A stretch of 64,000 nt of DNA, taken from Albugo candida (taxonomy: Eukaryota). The DNA lies in the NCBI GenBank assembly GCA_040437565.1, contig JBDOQK010000026.1:62001-126000 (forward strand), in the 5' to 3' direction. Position 1 is the stretch's first letter. Each line of letters opens with the position of its first letter. Shown here piece after piece: positions 22,456 to 32,726 of the stretch. The notes under the pieces were generated by a model, which saw only the letters and a program-made list of their open reading frames with translations, had not been told where the DNA came from and searched no databases. Both the position numbers and the translations under genes were made by a program.

Positions 22456-25400
22456 CTAATTCGTTTCCTCTTCATCTGTTCTTTCCGCTTCTTCCACGAC
22501 GCTGATCTCAACCTCATTTTCTAAATCCGCGCCTAAATACCCATCGCATACAACGTACAACTGATACGTAACCTTTCCTGCTTCATTTGGAACGTTAAAT
22601 TCCAGAAAAACATCCAATTCCTCCATTCGATTACCAAACGGAACGCGCTTAATACTCAACACGGAATTTTCCTTACCATTACCGAGCACAATCCACCAAT
22701 TCTCCGCTTTCGCCACCGGATAATATCTCGCCTGCACAAAACCGGTAGAAACACCGTCTTCAACCTCTCTTTCCAAATGAACTTGCAATTTGACCAAAGC
22801 GCCAGCCACTGTTTCGCCAATCACAGTCGTGCGTACAGTGATGTCCGGAAACGAGTTACAGAACGACGCGATCGCAGCCAATTGCGGTTTCTCTGAAGGC
22901 AATAATTCCGTTCGAGCTTCTTCGTCCATACTTAAGATATCCGTGGGTGTCTCGACTTGATCCAATTTCATCGTTTGAAGCTGTTGAAGCATCTTATTGG
23001 AGAAGAACGGAATTTGAAGTAATGGAGAATCCGTATTCCATTGTGCTTGTACAAACATCTGCGTGAGATCCATGGCTGCAAGTGCGGGTTTCAGCCAGCC
23101 GTTGGAGCTGATGACATCCACCATTGCATGCAGCAAACGGACAGCATGTTGGAGGATATATTTCAGATCTACACGTAATAGAGGACCCAATTCGTCTTGT
23201 CGCTTACTGAAATGCATTTGGAGCAAAATCGCCACTTTGACTGCTGGAGCGGAGTAATCATCGTCTGGAGCTGCAACTGCAAATTTGAGATGTTTGGCTA
23301 GTTTTCTCAACTTCTCTTCCTCGCCAAAACGACATGGAAGCTGCTGGAATTCGCTCGATGACGCCAATATGGTCATCAAACCACGCAATTTGGACTGATT
23401 GGTCAAGCTGCAAGCGAATAATTCGATGGTGGTGTATCTCACGTTGTAATACGCCGCAATCATGCCGAGATTTAAAGGAACAAGTCGATCTTCTTCTTCC
23501 ACGACCTCGATACATTGGGATTCCTGCAAAGCCGTCACTGTGTTTTCAACCAAATCGGACAAATGATCCGATAGATGAATATGTGTGACGCCCAAGAGAT
23601 TGTAATAATTGGGATTCTTCATCAGCCTTCGATACATGAATGTCCAAGTGAGGTAATCCACTCCATCCTGCTTGCTCTCAATGGTCCGCGTCACAATCTC
23701 CGCATTGAAATGATCCGTCAAAAAGTGTTCCAACTGCGATTCCACCGGAAGCGGCTCATATAGAAACTTGGCGTAGAATTTCTTTTTAATCTCATGGCAG
23801 AGCAGTACACACGATAGCATTTTGGCATCATCCTCACCCTGTCCGATCGTGTTAGCAAATTTCGTCATTTGGAACACTTGAGCCAGCGGATAATCGACAT
23901 AGCGATGTTCCTTGCCGTCATACGATTGCGTTCCCATTATCACAATTTGCTGAGCATGGACGTTCCACGTTTGCAAATTCCAACACATGTGCTGAGGGAT
24001 CACAAGTACGCTGATAGAGCCACGTTCAAACAATTGAAGAACAAGAGTACGACACGATTCGGACATGATTTCCGACCAGAATCCAACGCCTTTTTGCAGC
24101 ATTTGAGCCAGCACATTGTCATCCAATATCGTCGGATCCAACTCATTGGTCCCACCAAAACGATCGGCCGTGTTGTCTGCCAACGCGAATGTAACCAGAT
24201 CAATTGCAGTCAATTGTGCTTGCTTGATAGACGGTACAAAGACNNNNNNNNNNNNNNNNNNNNNNNNNNNNNNNNNNNNNNNNNNNNNNNNNNNNNNNNN
24301 NNNNNNNNNNNNNNNNNNNNNNNNNNNNNNNNNNNNNNNNNNNGCATGTTGGAGGATATATTTCAGATCTACACGTAATAGAGGACCCAATTCGTCTTGT
24401 CGCTTACTGAAATGCATTTGGAGCAAAATCGCCACTTTGACTGCTGGAGCGGAGTAATCATCGTCTGGAGCTGCAACTGCAAATTTGAGATGTTTGGCTA
24501 GTTTTCTCAACTTCTCTTCCTCGCCAAAACGACATGGAAGCTGCTGGAATTCGCTCGATGACGCCAATATGGTCATCAAACCACGCAATTTGGACTGATT
24601 GGTCAAGCTGCAAGCGAATAATTCGATGGTGGTGTATCTCACGTTGTAATACGCCGCAATCATGCCGAGATTTAAAGGAACAAGTCGATCTTCTTCTTCC
24701 ACGACCTCGATACATTGGGATTCCTGCAAAGCCGTCACTGTGTTTTCAACCAAATCGGACAAATGATCCGATAGATGAATATGTGTGACGCCCAAGAGAT
24801 TGTAATAATTGGGATTCTTCATCAGCCTTCGATACATGAATGTCCAAGTGAGGTAATCCACTCCATCCTGCTTGCTCTCAATGGTCCGCGTCACAATCTC
24901 CGCATTGAAATGATCCGTCAAAAAGTGTTCCAACTGCGATTCCACCGGAAGCGGCTCATATAGAAACTTGGCGTAGAATTTCTTTTTAATCTCATGGCAG
25001 AGCAGTACACACGATAGCATTTTGGCATCATCCTCACCCTGTCCGATCGTGTTAGCAAATTTCGTCATTTGGAACACTTGAGCCAGCGGATAATCGACAT
25101 AGCGATGTTCCTTGCCGTCATACGATTGCGTTCCCATTATCACAATTTGCTGAGCATGGACGTTCCACGTTTGCAAATTCCAACACATGTGCTGAGGGAT
25201 CACAAGTACGCTGATAGAGCCACGTTCAAACAATTGAAGAACAAGAGTACGACACGATTCGGACATGATTTCCGACCAGAATCCAACGCCTTTTTGCAGC
25301 ATTTGAGCCAGCACATTGTCATCCAATATCGTCGGATCCAACTCATTGGTCCCACCAAAACGATCGGCCGTGTTGTCTGCCAACGCGAATGTAACCAGAT

Positions 25401-28400
25401 CAATTGCAGTCAATTGTGCTTGCTTGATAGACGGTACAAAGACAACCGCTCGGCCAGACCGAGCAACAATGGTGTTGTACACGGGTTTCGACATGGCCAG
25501 CATTCGTGATGCAAAGTCATTCACCTGGAAACCTTGCACTCGGATTTCCAGCGGTTGAGGACGGACATTTAAATGAAAATTGAAAATTGCATCGGACGGG
25601 ACACCCATCCATTCCCCGACATCACGAGCATTAGCAATAGAGATGCCAAGCCCAATCATTCGCATGGGCACTCGACTCGATTTCTTCTGATCGGCGCTAA
25701 TGAATCGCATGCGTGATACAACGACTTCCATGACAGGACCATTGTCCCCCATACCCAAAAATTGAAGCTCATCAATGAGAAATAAGGTGATATTTTGGAT
25801 ACGTTTGCGTTGCTTCCATCGACGTGACAAGACATCCCATTGTGATGGCGTACCAATCAAGATATTGGCGGCTGCGAGAAGCGCGAGATCAGCACTTGCG
25901 TCACCTGTCAGTTGAAGCACATTCTGCTGCCACACACTTGTCTCCCCAAATTTCGCTTGCCAATCTTGATAGATCGCAGTACAGCTCACTTCAACCGGGT
26001 TCAAGTACACAAGCAAATGCGAGCCAAACGTGTCGCCAGCATCTGTTTCGATGGAATGAAGACTCGGTGGCTCTTTCAACGCCCACAACGCTCTCATAAT
26101 CGCGAGTTCGGCTAGTACAAGTTTCCCACTACCTGGCGGACCACAAACAAGCACATTACCTTCTGCTTCGAGGATACGTGGTGCCACCTGCGTTTGAATT
26201 GGATTGAATTTCGTAAAATGCCATGGATCCGGTTGATCTTTTCGCGAAAGATTTTGAAGAATCACATCGACAATCTTCTCAGCTTTTCCTTTCGGCTTTG
26301 GTGTGCTTACAAGTTTGGTAAGGACGTGACGTACCATCAACGGCTGTAGATCGAGCAATTCGGTCGGTGGAGGATTCTTTTGCGGCAAAATAAGTTTCTG
26401 GAAAGGAATTGGCACAGCACTCTCACATCGAAGCCATTTATCCGACACCAAGCGAACGTAATACAGCGGAGACATACGTTCCATCAACGGAACCGTGAAG
26501 CTCAAGTACGTTTCCTGCGATCCATATCGGCTTTGAAGCAGTAGAAATTCAGCATACAACAAATTATCTCCGTCGACATCTTCCACAAACACCCAAAACG
26601 CTTCAGTATTTCCATGAACATCACGTCGAAACTCGAAATCTGGCGTCACAATAAGCTCGACTTTAAGCATGGATCTCGTGATCGGTTGCACGTGCACAGA
26701 GATGTCCAATTTTGGAAACTGATGGATCAATTGATATAAAGCTTTCCCAAATTTTGGAGTCATCACTAATTGCCCAAGATCAGATGGTTCCAGGTCCAAA
26801 TACCGTTCCCATGGAATATCTTTCTTCTCCAAGCGCTTCATGATACTTTCCGGCACCAATGCTTTATCACCTTGACCCAAAAACTGACGCAAAGGAGAGT
26901 GAGAACACCACATTCGTCTCTCCACCATTTTACAAAACACAAGCATACGATCCGATACATGCGCCCACCCACGAGACAAGCAAATCTCAAACAACGCTCG
27001 GAAAATTCGAGCTGCTGACTGATGAATATGCGTCATATCAGCAACAAGTGCAAATCCGTCAAGTTTGAGTCTGGAAATATACGCTTGAAGTAGCACATTT
27101 ACTTTAGCAGAACCCGAATGTCCGGAAGCTCCATGGCCGGAATGCACAGTCAACGCTTCTTTGATCGGTACAGGCACACGTTCCATGAGTTTGATCAGTT
27201 CCAACTTTTCTTCCGCGCGGATGCTGACATATTGAAACTCTGACGACAACGAAAACAGACGAAGAATTTCAATATCAGACATATGCGGCTTGAGATGTTC
27301 ATTATACGTCTGCATGGATGCAGGGGCCACGTAATAATGGCTGGCGATTCTTCCAAGCGCGGTCACCTGGAAGTATCCACTACGTCGTTCATACTTGATG
27401 AGATTCTGTTTGGCTAACACGGTCGCCGCAGAATGCGCCAAATCCGTTCGATATTGCAACAGCGTTGGATCTGCACGCACATCATCGACACAAAGTCCAT
27501 AAAGCGTTGGATTCCGAAGCATTCGAATGAACAAGTACGTGTACCCGAGCCACGTTGCAGCTTGAACGAGTGTCTGAATAGTCCCAAGAACAATTTCCGC
27601 ATTCAAATTATCGGCAAGACGCGATAAAAGCTGCGATTCCACCGGAAGTTGTTGGTTCATCAGCGACAAATAGTACGTCAATTGTGCGTGTTGTGTGATG
27701 ATAATACCTTCTCCTTGTGTGTCATATTGAATCCGTCCAGCTCGACCAAGCATTTGAAGGATATCCAACGGTCCAAGCTCCTTCCAATCACCGCGTTCTG
27801 CGTCGTACACTTGCGTTCCTTTGATAATGACCGTATGTGCCGGAAGATTCACACCCCACGCGAGCGTCGAAGTGCTCACCAATACCTTCAGATGCCCGTC
27901 AGCAAACAGCTCTTCGACCAATGTACGATGATCTCGACGCATTCCAGCATGATGAATGCCAAAGCCGTACGGAAGCAAATCCTTCAAACTCGCATTTTCA
28001 ACTTTCTGTGCTTCCTGCATCAAAATCTCACTCGACGCGGAATTCGGTGTCAGTATCTTTGTCAACGTATCTTCTTCCACAAACAAATCGCGAATGGCTT
28101 GTGCAGTAAGTGCTGTTTCTTTGCGCGAATGGACAAAAATGAGGATTTGATTCTCCATTTCAACTTGTTCCATTACTTTTTCGTAACAGATTTGATTCAT
28201 CAAAGCAAACCTTTTCACAGCTTTCTTTTCCATCACGCCAATGTATTGCTGTTGAAGCGGAACTGGACGATAGCTCGAGTCGAAGAAAAAGAGACCTTTC
28301 TCTACACGAAGAAACGCAGCCACATCTTTATAATTCGGCAACGTCGCAGATAATCCGACCAAACGGATCATTTGCTGTGTCATTTCAATCGTTCGGATCG

Positions 28401-30477
28401 TTCGTGCTACCAACGCTTCCAAAACGGGACCTCGTGAATCGTGGAGCAGATGTATCTCATCCAGAATGATCAGACGAACCAATTGCATGTACGCTCGATC
28501 ATCGCCGGATTTACGCGTAATGATGTCCCATTTCTCAGGCGTGGTGACGATAATTTGTGTCTGATGCAATTGTTCTCGTGAGAGATTCTGATCGCCCGAG
28601 AGCTCGCGGACATTGATTCCATACGATTTGGTCAATCGCGAAGAAAGATTCAACACCACTTCTTGAACAAGGGCTTTCATGGGCGCCACATACACAATTT
28701 TGAATGCCTTGAGATCGATTTCACCAGTTTCTGCGTCTCGCACTTTCATGATCTCATGGAGAATCGTCAGCATTGCGACATTGGTCTTCCCGGCGCCCGT
28801 CGGAGCACATAAGAGGAGATTCTCACTACTTTTGAACGCAGTGTCATACATTTTCGATTGAATTCGATTCAATGATTCCATATTTGGAAATGCGTCTTGC
28901 GTCCAAGACGGAAGTGAGGAGATTTTGATTTGCGTTTCTTTTTGGCTCGACGCTTTGGTTCGAATCGCAGGTACGTGGACCTCCTCGTACCCTTTTTTCT
29001 GCGCTCGCCATGTTCCTTCCGGGAGAGAACACTGCTTATTACTCATCAGATGCCCACCTTCCTGGAACGTCAATGTCTCAAGATCGATATATCGTCGCGG
29101 TTTGCTGGATTCCTCATGTGTATCATTTTCATCTGATTCCTTTTCTTGCTTTAGAGAATCAAGCAATCCTCCCGCGCTTTTCTTGGCGTCCATACGAGCT
29201 TGCATCCATGTTTCTGCAGAATTGGTCGTGCGAAACTCATTCAACACTTGACTTCCTTGACCAGCGATACTGTCATCTCTTGTCATTTCCTCTTCCAGCA
29301 GACGACGCTCCTCATCTGTTTGCGCTTGCTTCAGCTTGGTGCAGTAGTACACTTTGGCGCGGTTTTCCAACAAGAGTTTGATGAGATCGAATTTGTCGTA
29401 ATCCAATAGCAATACCAAGCGATTCTCACAAGCGCCAAGCTCATGAATGCCTCCAGTCTCTCGCAGAATCGACAACACTTGATCGGCGAGCGTCACACAG
29501 AGCTCAGGATCTTTGAAATATTGCGACAATTTGCGTTGAAGCCAAAATGCATCGATACCGGCAACATGGAGATAATACCGGTTTTCGATGGTATTTCGGG
29601 CGGTTTTCGAATCGGAAGTCTGTTTGATGTTCATGGATTGGGTTCGAGACGGAGAAGCGTCTTGGTTGTCATGGTCCATGACGTGCTCATCGGCATCGCC
29701 TGGTTCGTCCTCTTGAACCTCGTCAGCGTCAGAATCGTCTTCGTCGTCTTCTTCATCGAATACAACAGCAACTCCCATCTCTTTGTCCATCATATCGTCG
29801 TCTACTTTCTCTTTTTCTTCGTCTGCAGCTTCATGAGCGGTTTTGGACGGGTCACGACTTGAATCATCACGTTTTTTAAAGTCAGTGATGCGTTTGGATT
29901 GCAAGAACATCTCTTTACGTTCTTCCTCTCCAAGAGATTTGAAGAGCTTGTGGAGCTCTTGAGCTTTCACATTATCGCGATAGTGCTCATTTTGTAATAT
30001 TGATAATACTTCTTCCACGGTACTTGCTAGGACATCAAAAGGCTGTGCTCCTAAATGGTGTGTCACGATACCCATTAATATAGTATGGGCTTCTCGACTC
30101 TGTGTGTTGGTTGGATGATAAGCAGCCGACTGGAAGGCTAAACTTTCCGATAATATTGGTGCAGTGTTGCTTGATTGTACGGATTTTACTTGCGGCCACT
30201 CATTCGAAGACTCGGATTTCAACTTTTTCGATACTGTCCGTTTGATTGATTCGGAAGGTACCCTTTTTGATGTACGTGCGCTATCAGCTTTCGTTTCATC
30301 GAATGGTGTTGCTTTTTGAGCTCGATCCCCCATTCGATAGGTAATTCGACCAGCAAGACTCTCGACCTCCCCTGTTGCTTCATCGGGACGACGACGAGAA
30401 TCACGGTCTGCTTCGAGCACCAGATTCGAATTCTGCTGGTAAGCGTACTGTCGGGAGCGTGCGTACTCTTCTGCCAT
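22456..30477 (-). CDS. BRR2: U5 snRNP 200 kDa helicase (two Ski2-like cassettes plus Sec63 domains)
   Basis: Start MAEEYARSRQYAYQQNSNLVL; APTGAGKT, DEIH, SATLPN, LQMLGRAGR; degenerate second cassette (GPPGSGK, DELQ). 23144-24243 is duplicated at 24344-25443 across the gap. Confidence 0.97.
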   Translation of the reverse strand: MAEEYARSRQYAYQQNSNLVLEADRDSRRRPDEATGEVESLAGRITYRMGDRAQKATPFDETKADSARTSKRVPSESIKRTVSKKLKSESSNEWPQVKSVQSSNTAPILSESLAFQSAAYHPTNTQSREAHTILMGIVTHHLGAQPFDVLASTVEEVLSILQNEHYRDNVKAQELHKLFKSLGEEERKEMFLQSKRITDFKKRDDSSRDPSKTAHEAADEEKEKVDDDMMDKEMGVAVVFDEEDDEDDSDADEVQEDEPGDADEHVMDHDNQDASPSRTQSMNIKQTSDSKTARNTIENRYYLHVAGIDAFWLQRKLSQYFKDPELCVTLADQVLSILRETGGIHELGACENRLVLLLDYDKFDLIKLLLENRAKVYYCTKLKQAQTDEERRLLEEEMTRDDSIAGQGSQVLNEFRTTNSAETWMQARMDAKKSAGGLLDSLKQEKESDENDTHEESSKPRRYIDLETLTFQEGGHLMSNKQCSLPEGTWRAQKKGYEEVHVPAIRTKASSQKETQIKISSLPSWTQDAFPNMESLNRIQSKMYDTAFKSSENLLLCAPTGAGKTNVAMLTILHEIMKVRDAETGEIDLKAFKIVYVAPMKALVQEVVLNLSSRLTKSYGINVRELSGDQNLSREQLHQTQIIVTTPEKWDIITRKSGDDRAYMQLVRLIILDEIHLLHDSRGPVLEALVARTIRTIEMTQQMIRLVGLSATLPNYKDVAAFLRVEKGLFFFDSSYRPVPLQQQYIGVMEKKAVKRFALMNQICYEKVMEQVEMENQILIFVHSRKETALTAQAIRDLFVEEDTLTKILTPNSASSEILMQEAQKVENASLKDLLPYGFGIHHAGMRRDHRTLVEELFADGHLKVLVSTSTLAWGVNLPAHTVIIKGTQVYDAERGDWKELGPLDILQMLGRAGRIQYDTQGEGIIITQHAQLTYYLSLMNQQLPVESQLLSRLADNLNAEIVLGTIQTLVQAATWLGYTYLFIRMLRNPTLYGLCVDDVRADPTLLQYRTDLAHSAATVLAKQNLIKYERRSGYFQVTALGRIASHYYVAPASMQTYNEHLKPHMSDIEILRLFSLSSEFQYVSIRAEEKLELIKLMERVPVPIKEALTVHSGHGASGHSGSAKVNVLLQAYISRLKLDGFALVADMTHIHQSAARIFRALFEICLSRGWAHVSDRMLVFCKMVERRMWCSHSPLRQFLGQGDKALVPESIMKRLEKKDIPWERYLDLEPSDLGQLVMTPKFGKALYQLIHQFPKLDISVHVQPITRSMLKVELIVTPDFEFRRDVHGNTEAFWVFVEDVDGDNLLYAEFLLLQSRYGSQETYLSFTVPLMERMSPLYYVRLVSDKWLRCESAVPIPFQKLILPQKNPPPTELLDLQPLMVRHVLTKLVSTPKPKGKAEKIVDVILQNLSRKDQPDPWHFTKFNPIQTQVAPRILEAEGNVLVCGPPGSGKLVLAELAIMRALWALKEPPSLHSIETDAGDTFGSHLLVYLNPVEVSCTAIYQDWQAKFGETSVWQQNVLQLTGDASADLALLAAANILIGTPSQWDVLSRRWKQRKRIQNITLFLIDELQFLGMGDNGPVMEVVVSRMRFISADQKKSSRVPMRMIGLGISIANARDVGEWMGVPSDAIFNFHLNVRPQPLEIRVQGFQVNDFASRMLAMSKPVYNTIVARSGRAVVFVPSIKQAQLTAIDLVTFALADNTADRFGGTNELDPTILDDNVLAQMLQKGVGFWSEIMSESCRTLVLQLFERGSISVLVIPQHMCWNLQTWNVHAQQIVIMGTQSYDGKEHRYVDYPLAQVFQMTKFANTIGQGEDDAKMLSCVLLCHEIKKKFYAKFLYEPLPVESQLEHFLTDHFNAEIVTRTIESKQDGVDYLTWTFMYRRLMKNPNYYNLLGVTHIHLSDHLSDLVENTVTALQESQCIEVVEEEDRLVPLNLGMIAAYYNVRYTTIELFACSLTNQSKLRGLMTILASSSEFQQLPCRFGEEEKLRKLAKHLKFAVAAPDDDYSAPAVKVAILLQMHFSKRQDELGPLLRVDLKYILQHXXXXXXXXXXXXXXXXXXXXXXXXXXXXXXXXXXVFVPSIKQAQLTAIDLVTFALADNTADRFGGTNELDPTILDDNVLAQMLQKGVGFWSEIMSESCRTLVLQLFERGSISVLVIPQHMCWNLQTWNVHAQQIVIMGTQSYDGKEHRYVDYPLAQVFQMTKFANTIGQGEDDAKMLSCVLLCHEIKKKFYAKFLYEPLPVESQLEHFLTDHFNAEIVTRTIESKQDGVDYLTWTFMYRRLMKNPNYYNLLGVTHIHLSDHLSDLVENTVTALQESQCIEVVEEEDRLVPLNLGMIAAYYNVRYTTIELFACSLTNQSKLRGLMTILASSSEFQQLPCRFGEEEKLRKLAKHLKFAVAAPDDDYSAPAVKVAILLQMHFSKRQDELGPLLRVDLKYILQHAVRLLHAMVDVISSNGWLKPALAAMDLTQMFVQAQWNTDSPLLQIPFFSNKMLQQLQTMKLDQVETPTDILSMDEEARTELLPSEKPQLAAIASFCNSFPDITVRTTVIGETVAGALVKLQVHLEREVEDGVSTGFVQARYYPVAKAENWWIVLGNGKENSVLSIKRVPFGNRMEELDVFLEFNVPNEAGKVTYQLYVVCDGYLGADLENEVEISVVEEAERTDEEETN

Positions 30478-30790
30478 AATTTCCGATGCCGAACGATCTG
30501 CCGCAAAGGATTTTGTGGCGAAGAGAAATACTGCAGACGGTAGGGTAAGTAGAATATTGACCAATACCCGTAGTGTATTGGTTTTATTATTATCCAATAG
30601 GAGCAACACCATGATATGTATAGTAAACGCCGAAGGGTATACAGAGTATACTCCTGAACCTACCNNNNNNNNNNNNNNNNNNNNNNNNNNNNNNNNNNNN
30701 NNNNNNNNNNNNNNNNNNNNNNNNNNNNNNNNNNNNNNNNNNNNNNNNNNNNNNNNNNNNNNNNAGCACGCTTTCGGTGAAGTCCAACGC

Positions 30791-31300
30791 ATGTCCGATA
30801 CGAATGGCACGCCGGTTTTTGGCAAAAAGTACCTGAAAAAGCTACAGGAGATGCCAAACGAGTCAGCAGCATGTTCGGTATCTGACTTTGCGCTTCGTCA
30901 AATGCAAAAAATGGGCTGGAGGGAAGGAAAAGGGCTTGGAAAGCGAGAAGAAGGTGTTACTTCTAGCATCCGAGTGCGAAAGCGGGACGAATCTATTGGA
31001 ATTGGGTACGGTGTGGTATCGTCCGACACAAAGGAAACGCAATGGTGGTATAATGTGTACGATAATATTGCGAGCAAAGTCCAAATTGAGTGCGAAGAAC
31101 CAAAGAAAAAGCGCAGACGGAAGAAGAAAGCTCAAGCGTCAACTGATAAAGAATCGAGCGACGCGGGATGTGAAAAGCATAAGATAGCGTGGTCCACTCC
31201 AACAGATGAAGAGCTGTTTGCTGCCACTGGCGGAAAATTGTTCGGACAACGAGCTTACGGTTCGTCTCTAGGAAAGCTAAAACGCGTTAAAACAAAGTAG
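30791..31300 (+). CDS. G-patch domain protein (GPATCH4/PINX1-like)
   Basis: FALRQMQKMGWREGKGLGKREEG...IGIG, QWWYNVY, TDEELFAATGG and a Lys-rich tract. Confidence 0.85.
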   Translation: MSDTNGTPVFGKKYLKKLQEMPNESAACSVSDFALRQMQKMGWREGKGLGKREEGVTSSIRVRKRDESIGIGYGVVSSDTKETQWWYNVYDNIASKVQIECEEPKKKRRRKKKAQASTDKESSDAGCEKHKIAWSTPTDEELFAATGGKLFGQRAYGSSLGKLKRVKTK

Positions 31301-31404
31301 AATTGATAACCTAATAACAGCTGCAAGGCAATCAACAGGCATCGATGCCAACAGCTAAGTTTTTTGTTTCTTTTCTGCAAATGAAATCGATTACAACTAT
31401 TTGG

Positions 31405-32151
31405 CTATTGTATTTTCTGCCAATGATATTGCGCCACTACCGATTCCCAAAACTGATTCTCTAACTTTTGCAGTCGCGATAACACTTTTTTTCTAACAGT
31501 TGCATCCTGTCCGCCTGCGGCCGCACGGTACCAGTGATATTTTCGAACGTAACCTGCAAATTTCTTACTAACGCGCATGGGATGACATACCAAAATTTCC
31601 GATAAGAACCTTCGAAGCGATATGCGTCTGTTTAAGGGAATGTGCCCGGATTTGAATGCTTCAATCATTGCTTTCGCATACGATTCCTCTGCAAACGACC
31701 AGCGGCCGGTTCGAACGTATCCGTGCTGTGAGTAATCGGACCGGTTCAAGTTGCGACGTGGCCTATTTGATGATGTGGGAATTGTGCAAAGTTCTGTGGT
31801 GTACACTTTCTGTCCATCTTTGGTACAAACAGTATCGTTGAAGCCAAACTCCGCTGGAAGTATGCCGTAGGTCGCAACGTGCTCCCACACAGTTTGCAGT
31901 TGTCTAGGGTAACTCATCGGACCATTTTCATATAATGAGCGAGCATATGGATTTGTACCCAATGGTGCGAGATTACCGGTTAGCGTTGACGTATTGCCTT
32001 TAATGTCTCTATTTCGAATCGACTTGAATTTTGTTATGTAATTCATTTTTACTTGTGTGTGTTCCATGCATTGTATCTCTTTCAAAGACGGTAATATTCG
32101 ATTTATGCTCGGTGTAATTGTGTGTCGGATTGCTTCAACTAGCTGGATCAT
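31405..32151 (-). CDS. Stramenopile Myb-like helix-turn-helix putative transcription factor
   Basis: RTGRWSFAEESYAKAMIEAFKSG...LRRFLSEILVCHPMRVSKKF matches the RxGKW...EE...LRxxLSxxLxCxPMRxxKKF family pattern. The start is uncertain. Confidence 0.65.
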   Translation of the reverse strand: MIQLVEAIRHTITPSINRILPSLKEIQCMEHTQVKMNYITKFKSIRNRDIKGNTSTLTGNLAPLGTNPYARSLYENGPMSYPRQLQTVWEHVATYGILPAEFGFNDTVCTKDGQKVYTTELCTIPTSSNRPRRNLNRSDYSQHGYVRTGRWSFAEESYAKAMIEAFKSGHIPLNRRISLRRFLSEILVCHPMRVSKKFAGYVRKYHWYRAAAGGQDATVRKKVLSRLQKLENQFWESVVAQYHWQKIQ

Positions 32152-32726
32152 TCCTTGTTGGTTATACTATAATCGCGTTTTAGATTACGCACCATTCATA
32201 TTAGTTTCAATACGTACCTCCGTCTTATTTGATCTTTTGTTCAAAGGTGGAAGCGGGTACGCTGTGTCGTATCTACACAGCGTATAAGCGTCGAAACGCG
32301 ACTGCGGCAGTTGAAGACTGCTTTCTGCAGGAAGACGATACATCCTCAACGCGGCTCTTGGCTTGTAATTTGCAAAATGTTCCTAATGTCAACCTGTTTT
32401 ATTGTGTTTACGCGACACTTTCCTCCAATATCCCACCATATGGAATTCGAATCTGAAGTAATCAAAATCTCAAAGTAACAATCGAGCCAATAGAATGTTG
32501 AAGTAAGACTTGACTTTTCGTTTTCATATGAACGTAATCAAATACCGACTCTATGGCCACATCACATATTCGATAACACGCCATATCGGGTTACTTCACA
32601 ACTATGATGAAAGGGCTGAGTTTGTACGAAATGTCGCATGGATCTCACGATGTATTCAGCGAATCTTTGTAGTACAAAACTGAATATTCTCATATTTGTG
32701 CACCAAAGGACTGCTATGATATTTGT

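Noticed and set aside
23144-25443. Apparent internal duplication making BRR2 2789 aa
   Set aside because: It is an identical 1.1-kb copy on either side of a 100-N gap, so an unmerged contig overlap. The ORF start upstream of 30477 is also spurious.
32603-32683. Possible C/D snoRNA (ATGATGA...CTGA)
   Set aside because: No convincing terminal stem or recognisable rRNA guide, so it is compatible with chance.
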